Source: Felis catus (taxonomy: Eukaryota). From it: a stretch of 64,000 nucleotides of DNA. Below are positions 49,850-61,325 of the stretch, in pieces (the first letter of the stretch is position 1; the number at the start of each line of letters is the position of its first letter). The position numbers and the translations under genes were made by a program. The notes below the pieces were generated by a model. It searched no databases. It had not been told where the DNA came from and worked only from the letters and a program-made list of their open reading frames with translations. The stretch lies in assembly GCF_018350175.1 (NCBI RefSeq), contig NC_058368.1:9920001-9984000 (forward strand). Direction: 5' to 3'.

Positions 49850-51250
49850 ACCTGTCTTTGTGCCATTTGCAGGGGGAGCCGTGAGAGCGCCTCTCAGACA
49901 CTCTGCGTCCGAGAGGTGCGAAGAAGGTGTCTTTGATCAGGGACGACCCGAAACGCTCTCGGCAAACAACCCCGAAGGGCACATTGACGCTATTTGACTA
50001 CTTGGGAAGGAGAAGCTTCTTTCTGCCCAGATCGCCGCGTTATTAGCAGTTGCACCGGGTGGCTCCGTTCCGGAGAGGCCGGGCGGCGCAGGTGACCTGC
50101 GGTGGTTTCCCCCCGCACCTCGTGCGGAAGTTCAGTTTCTGTTTTGGCAGCAACGAAGACGAAGAGGAGACGAAGAGGAGACGAAGAGGAGGAGGCCAGG
50201 CCGTCTGGGTTCTGCCGCGTCCCCCGGGGGGGGGGGGGGGGCCCGCTGGCTCTGCGCCTAAGGAGCGGCTCCGCCCATACCTGGCCCGGGGCGCCAGCCT
50301 CCAAATTGCAGAAGTCGCCCTTTGGTGGCCGCTGCGCTGCGTCATTTGGGAGGGCGGTTTGGAAGTTCCGCAAGGCTGCGGGGTTCCGGGAGGGAAGAAG
50401 GCGCTGGAGGACCGTGGTGGCCCATCCCGGCTGCGCCGGGGGTCCCCACGGTGTGGGCGCGTGGCCCAGCTCCCCAAAGCCACGCGTCTGTGCTTCACCT
50501 CCGTGGGAGGAGAGCCACAAGAATTAGGAGGAGAGGGAGCTGCAGAGCGGGAGCAGCTAAGGGAGAGAGACGGAGAATTTTCTGGAAGAGGGAGGCGGCC
50601 CAGACGCTGCTGTGGTTCTGTTACAAAGACCACTTCCTCCCTGACCCAACTGACGGCACTCTGTGTGCCTGTGGTGGTTTGTCCAAGGGCTGAAAGATCA
50701 GGGCCACGGGCCACCACGTGCTGGCAGAACCCAGAGGCGCCGGTGTGCGTCTGCCAGGAAGTTCCTGCCAAGGGGTCCTGTGTCATAGGGACTCTTCTCC
50801 GGCCGTGGCTCGTCTGGCCCCCAAAGCACCAAAGAGGGTGCGAGCTGAGCCGTGGACGTGCAGCAAGAAAAGAACAGGGATTTAATCTTGCTATCTAAAA
50901 AAATAAGAAATTAAGCTTTGCTCGGTTTCAATACACAGGTCGAGGGCGGTGTGTATGTGATCCCCGTCACAGGGTTGCACGATCAGATCTCCTGGTTGAT
51001 GGGGTGTGAGATCATAAATGTTTCCAGACCACGGCTGTAAAGAAAAACTAGCGTAAAGGATAACTGATGCTGGCGGATTGAAACGCCTGATGCAGGCTTT
51101 TGAGCACCAAATATGACTGCCGAGTGATGCAGATGGTTCGAGATCGGGGCGCGGGGGGGGGGGGGCGTTGATAAACGGGTATCGCGGCTGGGTGTGGCCC
51201 ATCGGCCCCAACGGGGCCCCGGTTAACGGTCTACGAGGGTAGAGCCGAGT
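49850..51250. promoter_or_regulatory. CpG-rich island-like segment in ALOX5AP intron 2, candidate enhancer
   Basis: Visibly CpG-dense with no recognised repeats. ETS cores (CGGAAGT ~50125, CACTTCC ~50631), RUNX TGTGGTT at 50611, GGTTTCCCC at ~50104. Confidence 0.5.
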
Positions 51251-51742
51251 CAGGGTTTGAGAGATAAAAAGAATCTTGACCTTGACTCTGTTCACGTGTG
51301 CAAGGCGTAGTCCAAAGCCCTGTTCCCAGATGATGCGCACAGCTAGAACAGAGCTTGATTTCTGGAGAAAAATCTCAGTTAAACTGACCCAAGATTCTTC
51401 CCCATGATGCTGGTAAGCACGGGCTGCAGAGAGGTGACGGGTCTCTGGAGAAATGTAATTTTCTACACATGTCCCACAGATTACACGTTCCTGGGCTGGT
51501 AACAGGTATTACAGAGGAGAGCAAGTTCTGTAAAACAGGACTTTTGAGAGCTTCTAAGGTACTGAGGAACACTGTGATTCTTGGTTCTCCAAGAAGGGGA
51601 AGTCTTTTTTGAGTACAGATACACCCCCTCCATCCTTTTTTTTGGGCAGATCATATCCAGGGTTTAGTGCTTCACAAAATGCATTTTTTGGAAAATGCCA
51701 CCCTAATGTCCCTTCTCCCCTGCACCTCTCAAGATCCACTTT

Positions 51743-51966
51743 GTTTATTTTTATTTTTTTTAACATTTATCTATTTTTGAGAGAGAGAGAGAGAGAGAGA
51801 GAGGGTGGGGGAGGGGAAGAGAAAGAGGGAGACGCGGAATCCGAAGCAGGCTCCAGGCTCTGAGTTGTCAACACAGAACCCAACGCCGGGCTTGAACCCA
51901 CGAACCGCAAGATCACGGCCTGAGCTGAAGTCGGACGCTTCACCGACTGAGCCACCCAGGCACCCT
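51743..51966 (-). mobile_element. CanSINE in intron 2
   Basis: TSD ATCCACTTT. Confidence 0.93.
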
Positions 51967-52115
51967 TCAGAATCCACTTTAGGCTCACTTCTAAGTAGGG
52001 TGGACTCGTAAATACCTTGAAGCTAATAGTTCTGCATTGATTCCATCCATTAGTATAGCTACTATTACCATTATTAGTGATAATTTACTTGCTTTAAGTT
52101 AACCTAAACAAAACC

Positions 52116-52290
52116 CTTAGTAAGTTCTCCTGCACTTATTCCCGAAGGTGGAGAAAAACAAAAGGGAAAATACGAGTCCCTTTCTCCATGAGCACACAGA
52201 GTGTCGTGCATCACATTGAACACAGCAGAGTGACTTGTCGACAAATCGGGCAAGTGCCTCAGAATCAGACCTGGGGAAATGAAAAGAGCC
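52116..52290 (+). repeat. Left arm of a ~175-bp inverted repeat
   Basis: Aligns by eye to the reverse complement of 53279-53457. Confidence 0.92.
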
Positions 52291-52434
52291 AAGATGGGTC
52301 TGCCAATTTTGTCTCGTAGAAAGAACGGCACAAAACCCTCCACAAAAGAAAATTTGGAGTAATAATAATTTGTCCGCAGGAAAGGCGTTTCCACTGGGGA
52401 CTGTAAGAAGGAAGACATTGGAGAGGTAACAGTC

Positions 52435-52615
52435 ACCGTTTATTGAATGCTTGTTCTGAGCTGGGCACTGCTCTATCTCATTTTATTTTCATAAGCCAGG
52501 GTGGTAATTACTTACGTCTCCACTCACCTCTTATAGATGAAGAAAACTGAGGCTCAGTGCACTCACGCGGCGGCAGAGTAGGCATCGGACCCAGGCTTTG
52601 TGCCTTTAAAGAGCG
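52435..52615 (-). mobile_element. MIR fragment in the spacer of the inverted repeat
   Basis: TTTATTGAATGCTT...TTATAGATGAAGAAAACTGAGGCTCAG. Confidence 0.65.
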
Positions 52616-53278
52616 TGTGAACATCCATCCGGCTCCACCTCAAGGGACGGCCCTGTCACTGACCAATGCCACTTGAATTCAGCCCGGCGGTGGCTCTCTG
52701 CCAAGGAGGGACATATGCGTGGGGAGCTGTGGATCGAAGGCGGGTCAGAGACTCTGGATCGGAAAAAGACTGGCTTGAGCTAGATCGAGGGACAGGAGTT
52801 GGGAGTTTCATTCCAATCCAGACAGACCGTGTTTTATGAGGGACCCGGGTGACTTGAGACAACAGGCAGGAATGATTGAAGGACTGATCCAATGTCACAT
52901 TACTATACCGTTCTCTCTAATGAGCAAATTCCTTAGATAATTAAGCATTTTGAAAAACTGCATCACCCAGCCCAAACCAGTACTCAAATACAAATAAAAC
53001 CAGAAGCATGTGAATGAGGAGGATGTAGGGGCGATCTTTGGCATTAATAGATCATCAAAATTGTTGGAGCCTCAAGTATTAGATCCCATCAGACGTAGAA
53101 CATTATTCAATTAAATAAATAATAACGTGCCCTAGTTTTCTAGGGTCACATTCTCAGTCCCAAGGCTGTGGGTTTGTTCCTCTAATACGTAATAGCTGTG
53201 ACGTTGGGGCGCTCCATAGCTGCGTACGGGACCTGTTTCTTCGCTGAGTACTTCACCCCAAATGATAAGGTGGTTCAA

Positions 53279-53457
53279 GGCTCCTGCCCTTCCTCCGGGT
53301 CTGATTCTGAGGCGCTTGCCGGGTTTGTGGACAGGTCACTGTGCTGTGTTCAATATGATGCACCACACCATCAATGTGTTCGTGGAGAAAAGGACTCGTA
53401 TTTTCCCTTTTGTTTTTCTCCACCTTTGGGAATGAGACACAGAAGTACTTACGTAAG
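53279..53457 (-). repeat. Right arm of a ~175-bp inverted repeat
   Basis: Reverse complement of 52116-52290, with a 35-nt perfect core AAGGTGGAGAAAAACAAAAGGGAAAATACGAGTCC. Confidence 0.92.
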
Positions 53458-53900
53458 TACTACTGTGTCCGCTAGATCAGTGAAACCCCTGGGTACCCAG
53501 CAAGCTCAGCGGGGCTGTGCTCTCTCCCCCTGTGCCTGTATCCCAGGGTAGGATACACTGCTTTCTTACCTTTAATTTCATTGACCTCTCCGGTGGCGGA
53601 TCTTTTGATCATCAGAGGGACATGAAACTTCCTGTGGCCGGGGACACGGCACATCCTCTCTGGGTTCTCTGCGGGGGATGGACCAGGGCTCGGTCATTCC
53701 AGAGTCCTCAATGGTACCACTGAGGCATGAGACGCTATCAGTCTGAATAAGGGTCCGTCGCCGATTTAGGAGGAAAGTCATGAGAACCAGATGAGGGAGG
53801 GTCCAGATGAAGGAATCCAAGGAAGGAATTCGGATAAAAGGCCAAATACGCTTTGAAGAGTGCATCTTTGCTTTGCCTGTTAGTTCGAGTGACATGAGAC

Positions 53901-54105
53901 CAGTGGTTTTCAAACTTGAGTGTGCTTCAGAGTCACCTAGAGGGCCTGTTAAAACAGCCGGCCTGTTAAAACACAGATTGCGGGGCCCCACCCCTGGAGT
54001 GTTTAATTCTGTAGGTCTCCGATGGGCATTAACACTTTCAGTTTTAGCAAGTTCCCAGGTATTCCGGATGCCTGCTGATCCAGGGACAACTCTTTGAGGA
54101 CCACC
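53901..54105. mobile_element. MER5A (hAT-Charlie) non-autonomous DNA element with a small internal duplication (GGCCTGTTAAAACA x2)
   Basis: CAGTGGTTTTCAAACTTGAGTGTGCTTCAGAGTCACCTAGAGGG...CTTTGAGGACCAC matches recalled MER5A ends. Confidence 0.85.
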
Positions 54106-55221
54106 TCACTAGAGCATCAACTCTTAAAGCTTACGTGGATCTTAGAGTTACTATCAGTCTCTTAGCGTTTCAGGTGGGAAAACTGCATCCAAAGTGATTA
54201 TTTTGCCATTGACAAACAGATGGTGAATGTCAGGTCAGAGGCGAAGCCTTAGTCACGTGCCCTTTCCACTCCATCGCGCTGCCCTACCCCATTCACGCTT
54301 CCATGTCTTGTAAGGTGGTTTTTCCACGGATGTACGTGTATATTTTTTTTCTTTTTTCAAGTTTTTATCCAAGGTATAGTTAGTTAAAATATAGTGTCAT
54401 ATTGTCTTCAGGAGTTGAATTTAGTGATTCATCACTTACATACAACACCCGGTGCTCAACGCGACAAGTGCCCTCCCTGAATGCCCATCACCCATCTAGC
54501 CCATCCCCTACCCACCTCCCTCCCTCAACCCTCAGTTTGTTCTCATCATAAAGAGTCCCTTGTGATTTGTTTCCCTCTCTCTTTTTTTCCCCCTTCCCGT
54601 ATGTATGTACATCTATTTTGTTTCTCAAATTCTATATATGAGTAAAATCATAGGGTATTTGTCTTTCTCTGCCTGACTTATTTTGCTCAGCATATCCTCT
54701 GGCTCCATCCACGTCATTGCACATAGCATGAGTAATACTCCATTGTATTTATGTATACCACGTCTTCTTTCTCCATTCATCAGCTGATGGACATTTGGGC
54801 TCTTTTCATAGTTTGGCTATTGTTGATAGTGCTGCTGTGAACTTTGGGGTACATGCACTGCCTTTGAAACTGTACTTTTGTATCCTTTGGGTAACTACTT
54901 AGGAGCGCAATTGCTGGGTCGTAGGGTAGTTCTATTTTTAACTTTTTGAGGAACCTCCATATGTTCTCCAGAGTGGCTGCATCAGTTTGCATTCCCACCA
55001 ACAATGCGAAAGGGTTCCCCTTTCTCCACATCCTCGCCAACATCTGTTGTTTCCAGAGTTGTTCATTTTAGCCATTCTGACAGGTGTGAGGTGGTGTCTC
55101 ATTGTGGTTTTGATTTGTATTTCCCTGATGATGAGTGAGGTTGAACATCTTTTCATATGTCTGTTAGCCATCTGGATGTCTTCTTTGGAAAAACATCTAT
55201 TCATGTCTTCTTATCATTTTT

Positions 55222-55270
55222 TCCTCTTCCTTCCTTCCTTCCTTCCTTCCTTCCTTCCTTCCTTCCTTCC

Positions 55271-55322
<52 letters not shown>

Positions 55323-55501
55323 TCCTTTCTTTTTGAGGATGGGGAAGGACAGAGGAAGAGAGAGAATCTTAAGCAGTTTCCGTAACCAGTGAGGAGCCCG
55401 GCATGGGGCTCGATCTCATGACTGTGAGATTGTTACCTAAGCCAACATCAAGAGCTGGACTGACTTAACTGACTCAACCTACTGAGCCACTCAGGCACCC
55501 C
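55222..55501 (-). mobile_element. CanSINE with a (TTCC)n(TTTC)n tail, nested in the L1
   Basis: SINEC head at ~55501; L1 sequence resumes after it. Confidence 0.85.
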
Positions 55502-56320
55502 TTCTGCCCATTTCTTAACTGGTCTTTTTTTTGGGGGGGGGGTGTTGAGTTTGATAAGTTCTTTATAGATTTTGGATACTAATGCTTTATCAAATATCTT
55601 CTCCCATTCTGTAGGCTGCCTTTTAGTTTTGTTGTTTGTTTCCTTCACTGTGCAGAAGCTTTTTATCTTGATGAAGCTCCAGGAGTTCATTTTTGCTTCT
55701 TGCGACATGTCTAGTAAGACGTTGCTACCGCCGAGGTCAGAGAAGTTGCTGCCATGTTCTCCTCTAGGATTTTGATGGTTTCCTTTCTCACATTTAGGTC
55801 TTTCATCCATTTTGAATTTATTTTTGTGTATGCTGTAAGAAAGTGGTCCAGTTTCATTCTTCTGCACCTTGTTCTTCAGTTCTCCCAACACCATTTGTTG
55901 AGGAGACTGTCTTTTTTCCATTGGGTATTCTTTCCTGCTCTGTCAAAGGTGAGTTGACCATGTAGTGGTAGGCCCATTTCTGGATCTTCTATTCTGTTCC
56001 ACTGATCTATGTGTCTGTTTTTGTGTCAGTACCTTACTGTCTTGATGACTACAGCTTTGTAATATAGCTAGAGGTCCCAAATTGTGATGCCTCTAGATTT
56101 GTTTTTCTTTTTCAGGATTGCTTTGGCTATTCGGAGTGTTCTGTGGTTCCATACATATTTTAAGACTGTTTGTTCTAGCTCTGTGAAAAATGCTGATGGT
56201 ATTTTGATAGGGATTGCATTACATGTATGGATTGCTTTGGGTAGTATAGACATTTTAACAATGGTTGTTCTTCCAGTCCATAAGCATGGAATATTTTTCC
56301 AGTTCTTTGTGTCCTCTTCA

Positions 56321-56509
56321 AGATATTCCATAACTGTTCTACGGAATCAGTCGTAGAATGGTATACGACTGAGTCGTAGAAAATATCTGTACCTCTTTGG
56401 CTAGGTTTTACCTCTTTGGCTAGGTTTTACCTCTTTGGCTAGGTTTATTCCGAGGTATCTTACCTCGGATATTTTATGTCTTTGGCTAGGTTTATTCCAA
56501 GGTATCTTA
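56321..56509. repeat. Nested hairpins plus a 19-bp x3 tandem repeat inside the L1
   Basis: TACCTCTTTGGCTAGGTTT x3 at 56390-56446, with inverted repeats on both sides. Confidence 0.9.
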
Positions 56510-57179
56510 TTGTTTTTGTGTGATTGTAAATGGAATCAATTCCTTGATTTCTTTTTCTGCTGCTTCATGATTGGCGTATAGAAACGCAACGGATTTCTGT
56601 ACATTGATTTCACATCCTGCGACTCTGCTGAATTCGTATTAGTTCCACCAATTTTTTGGTGGAGTCTTTCCGGTGTTCTACATAGAATATCATGTTGTTT
56701 GCGAATAATGAAAGTTTGATTTCATTCTTGCTGATTTGGATGCCTTTTATTTCCTTTTGTTGTCTGCTGAGGCTAAGACTTCCAGTACTATGTTAAATAG
56801 TGAATGGTGAGAGTGAACATCCCTGTCTTGTTCCCGACCACAGAGGGAACACTCTCAGTTTTTCCCCATTGAGTATGATATTACCTGTGGGTGTTTTCAT
56901 ATGTGGCCTTTAGGATGTTGAAGTATGTTCCATCTGGCCCTACTTTGTTGGGGATTTTTATCAATGTGGATGCGCGTATTGATGGTCCTGACCGAGACTG
57001 TCAACTTCTCCAGAGGATCTTTGCTATTTTTTTAGTGTAGTCGAAGAGCTAACAGATATAGTTACAGAGTTGGACTGACCAGGACGTGCATCCTGGCCCC
57101 ACCACCTTGTAGCTCAGTGACACTCAGCAGTTAGTCAACTTCTCCCAACCTCAGTTTCTCATGTGAAAATGAGGGTAAC

Positions 57180-57873
57180 TGGGGTAGACTGAATAAAGAG
57201 CCCCCAAACATCTTTACCTCCCAATCCCGGGAACCTGTAGGTTCTGTTACATAGCAAGAAAGAATTCAGATTGTCAACCACCTGACCTTAAAATCAAGAG
57301 ATTACTCTGGATTATTTGGGTGGAACCAATGGGATCACCAGGGTTCTTTTCCTTTTAATTTTTTTTTAATGTTTATTTATTTTTGAGAGAGAGACAGAGA
57401 GTGAGTGGGGGAGGGGCAGAGAGAGAGACACACACACAGAATCTGAAGCAGGTTCCAGGCTCAGGTGTTAGCACAGAGCCCGACGCGGGGCTCAAGCCCG
57501 TGAACTGCGAGATCATGGCCTGAGGAAGTCAGATGCTTAACCGACTGAGCCACCCAGGCACCCCTAACAAGGGTTCTTTAACTGTGAAGGAAGGAGGCGG
57601 AGGAGTGGGTGTCAGAAAGACCCTCTCGGCCACTGCTCCCTTTGAGGTTGGAAGGGGGTCACAAGCCAAGGAATGCAGGTGATCTCTAGAAGCTGAGAAA
57701 GGCAAGGCAAAACGGATTCTTCCCTAGGGTCTCCAGCGGGCTTGCAGCCATGCTGACCCACCTTGACCGTGGCCCAGTGAGACCCATTTGGACTTCTGAC
57801 CTCCAGATGATTTATCTTGTTTTAAGCCCCGACGTTTGGGGCTACCTGTTCCAGCAGCCGCAGAAAATGCATG
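57180..57873 (+). mobile_element. MaLR solo LTR (MLT1D-like) with a nested SINE
   Basis: CTGGATTATTTGGGTGGAACCAATGGGATCAC...AAGCCAAGGAATGCAGG...GGACTTCTGACCTCCAGA. Confidence 0.85.
57351..57564 (-). mobile_element. CanSINE inside an MLT1 LTR
   Basis: TSD AGGGTTCTTT. Confidence 0.92.
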
Positions 57874-58083
57874 CAGTCACCCTGCGCGCTCACACGGCTG
57901 CGGTGAGTGTCCGGGGGGACAAAGGGTGTAAAATATCAGCATGGTGGCTGGTGTGAGGGGAGAGCCCCTCCCCGAGAGCGAAGACTGAGCCCTGAACACG
58001 GCGATCGCATCACCAGCACGAGACCTTCCTGAGCGTCAGCTTTTCTGAATCGACCCTGGTTTCTTTCACGCCCGAAGCTCATC

Positions 58084-58084
<1 letters not shown>

Positions 58085-58119
<35 letters not shown>
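58085..58119. repeat. Poly(C)35 tract
   Basis: Direct count. Confidence 0.95.
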
Positions 58120-58120
<1 letters not shown>

Positions 58121-58567
58121 CCTCGCCTGTGGGTCTGAGCTGACTTGTGTGTCTGACAAAGGTTTCTCAGTTGGGCTCCTCTCTCCTGCACCCCCCACCC
58201 CCCACCCCCAATCCTGACAGCTGCCACAGCCCTGCTGTCTGTGTTGCTCACTTTTCAATTCCAAGAAGCACTTTGGCACAGCCAGGAGCAGGAACCCTGC
58301 CAAAACGAATCCATCAAGAAACCGAGTCTCCGACTGGCTTCACTGAGGAAGGGACTAAGTGGATTCTGAGCATGTATTTGCTTTATGCCACTGCCTATGT
58401 CTCATGCGGCAGCCGGGTCCTACCGGTAGATATAAGTGGAGTCATGAATGGGGTTCGTGCTTCATGTGTGATGGTGATTATCGGCTTGGGGTTTCAGGTG
58501 ATTTTCAGACGGTGCCGCGGTAGCGTGTTTCCTGATGCTTCTTCTCCTTATTTTTTTTATTCTACAG

Positions 58568-58638
58568 CCAAAACTGTGTGGACGCGTACCCCACGTTCCT
58601 TGTCGTGCTCTGGAGCGCGGGGCTGCTCTGCAGCCAAG
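58568..58638 (+). CDS. ALOX5AP: ALOX5AP coding exon 3, 71 nt: (N)QNCVDAYPTFLVVLWSAGLLCSQ(V)
   Basis: Acceptor ttttttattctacag|CC and donor CAAG|gtaact. In frame with exon 2. Confidence 0.98.
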
Positions 58639-59385
58639 GTAACTCTGGCTTCTCCTTGTGTGTTCTCTTTCTGGAGCGTGCGCCGTGGGGAGGTTCAAGC
58701 GCGGGCTCTTTTGTTGAAAAGACTTTGCCTGACCTCCAGCTCCGATCCCCGTGAAGCCCTCGGAGAGGTGAGAACCCTCGGGAGGTCGTGTTTCAGGCAT
58801 GCTCTGCGCCTGTGCGGAGCGGGTGCGATAATGCATTGCTAATGCTTGCTCCCCGGTGGCTGGTGGAGAGCTCCTGCGCCGACAAGGGTGGTTTAAGGCT
58901 AAATGTGACTCAGAATCCTTAAGCAGTGTTAGCGCAGATACAAGGGCATTATAAATGAGGGCGCCTGAGGGATCTATTCTGGGACCGCCGTCACTCTGCT
59001 CTTCTGCTAATAAGCTTGCAGGGTGGCAGGTCCTCTGTCGGGCCTGGGTCTGCGGAGCCACGGGCCGGATTCCAGGTCCCCAGCCTTCTCCGGGATTAGC
59101 AGCCGCCCATGGTCTTGACTTCAGTAGGTTGACTCCCAGAGTTGACCTGGAAAGGACCAGGAAACCAGAGTCGTGTTTTTCGGGTCCCCTTTGGAGATCG
59201 GCACTGTGCCTGGCCGGGGCAGGGGTGGGGGTGGGGCTGGTGTGACCTGGCCAGATTCCACAATGTGGCCCCCTGCAGGAGTGTGTAAGAAAAGGTCACA
59301 AGTGTCCCCCGAGGGACTCTCTAATCCTTACCTCTTCTCCCACTTGACGGAGTAGGTAGAGGGCGTATTATCTCCCTCTGTTATC

Positions 59386-59537
59386 TTTTTGTTAAGTTTC
59401 TTTATTTCTTTTTGAGAGTGGTGGAGAGAGCGAGTGGGGGAGGGGCAGAGAGAGATTGGGAGAGGGAGAGTCCCACACAGGCTCTGAACCCAAACCGAGA
59501 GCCAGACGCTTAACCCCGCGGAGCCACCCAGGCGCCC
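59386..59537 (-). mobile_element. Internally deleted CanSINE in intron 3
   Basis: Head and (CT)n present, middle missing. Confidence 0.85.
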
Positions 59538-60723
59538 CTCCCTCTATTCGCCTGGAGAACACTTTGGTTCGGGGAGATGAGATGACGGGCTCAAGGTTAC
59601 TCAGCTGGTGAATAACAGAGCCAGAAACAGAGCCCAGGTCTCTGGCGCTAAGTCCTGGATTTTGCACCAGGGCTTTTCTGCATTATCCACGTATATGATG
59701 CATAGACCTTGAGCACCTCCTACGTGACAAGCCCTGTGCTTAGATACACAGTGATAAATAACAAGACGTAGTGGCCGAGCACATGGCACTTGGTGAGATG
59801 AACCACAGGAAAAAAAGCGAAAGGATACATCGTTGCCGAGAGTGAGAAGTGCCATGAAGGAAGGGAATCAGGCGCAGGGACAGAGAACAGAGGTGAGGGA
59901 TGGCAGCAGAAACCCCTTCAGGGACAGCATGTGGCCTCCTCCTGTGCTCCATAAGGCTGTCATCACTCACTATTTATTTACCACTATCTATCCCGAGTGA
60001 AATAAGAAACGTGTCTGGCGTCACCTGAAAAATCAAGCCAAACTATGCTTATACGAGGAGTTACGATTCCTTTTAGGTCCTAGATGATACTCGATAGAGG
60101 CGGATGTAGAGTTGTTCTAGCTAGATAAATACAAAGGGAGTGTGAAGGTGTTTCAGAGCCCCGGAACTATGCATTTTCTGCCAAACAATTGTTGGCATTG
60201 CTAGGGGTCAAAAGTGTCAGTAAACCCTCTTCGGTAATCGTCATTTCTTATGCTCTATAGTAAATTACTGGATTGTTTAGTCAAAAGGAACCTCAGAGAT
60301 CATTCTCGCCCAGATTCTTTGCTTTACAGGAGCAGGAGCCCGAGTCCCAGAGGGACAAGCGGTTTGCTCAAACCTCAGAATTTTCGAGTCCAGATTCGAA
60401 CCCACTGTGCCTTTCCTGCTGTTCCAGGCGGCCTGGTGGGTCCACGAGGCATGAGCACAGCCATTTTCCACCCCTGACTCTTGTGAGCTCATGTTCAGTT
60501 TAGCTCCTGTTGAGAGAGAGATGTGCTGGTAAGTTAGAGCAGAGCCATCCAGATGGGACAAACCAGGAAAAACTTTGTTCAGGGCAGATTGTGAATTGTG
60601 ACAGTTTCGTGACTTTCAGATAATAGCATGAACTTCATAAGTGGTTTCTTTTGTGTTTTGGTTCTCTTACCTGTCACATAACACTAGTATTTTGGGAGGG
60701 TCTGGGGACTGACAGACTGGAGA

Positions 60724-60730
<7 letters not shown>

Positions 60731-60763
<33 letters not shown>

Positions 60764-60991
60764 TTTAAGTGTTTTCTTTCTTTATTTTGAGAGACAGAGG
60801 GAGAGAGAGAGAGAGCACACATGCATGAGCAGGGGAGGGGCAGAGACAGAGGGAGAGAGAGAATCCCAAGCAGGCTCTGCGCAGTCAGCACAAAGCCTGA
60901 TGGGAGGGCTCTAACACACGAACTGTGAGATCATGACCTGAGCCAAAATCAAGAGTCAGATACTTAATCAAACGAGCCACTCAGGCATCCC
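60731..60991 (-). mobile_element. CanSINE in intron 3 with a long poly(T)
   Basis: SINEC body on the minus strand. Confidence 0.92.
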
Positions 60992-61325
60992 TAGAGACTA
61001 TTGTGAGGACACTCACTGCTGGTGTTGTGACCCTGGGCTGTTCTTCATTCATCCTTCCTAAGCCTCAGTTTCCCCATTTGTAAAGCAGGAATAATTGAGT
61101 TCCCAGGGTGCTTGAGAGACTGTGCATAAAGTCCCTGACATAGTGCATGGCATATATCACATTGAACCATAGAAAACTGCTGATGCCTGACAGTTTAGGA
61201 TCCACAAAAATGGCAGTTCATATAGTTCAACCTAACAATAGAAGCCCAGTAAATGTGATTATCGATGGCACTGGTGGTGGTAACACGGTTTTAAAATTAT
61301 ACAAACTTGGTTTCAGATTCCACCT

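Larger units (their letters stand above)
54343..56970 (-). mobile_element. Carnivore L1, ~2.6 kb, 5'-truncated, antisense in ALOX5AP intron 2, with internal deletions and a nested SINE
   Basis: Minus ORFs [49 protein letters not shown] and IKIKSFCTVKE are L1 ORF2p. T-rich tail at the left end. Confidence 0.93.

Noticed and set aside
50043..50898. Overlapping 282-aa and 247-aa ORFs
   Set aside because: GC-rich intronic sequence with few stops; low-complexity R/G/P translations in several frames and no recognisable domain.
56390..56446. Short direct repeats here and at 47136-47180, considered as CRISPR-like
   Set aside because: Head-to-tail copies with no unique spacers, no cas genes, and a mammalian context.
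58147..58842. 231-aa ORF spanning exon 3
   Set aside because: It reads exon 3 in the wrong frame. The true frame is fixed by the splice sites and FLAP homology.
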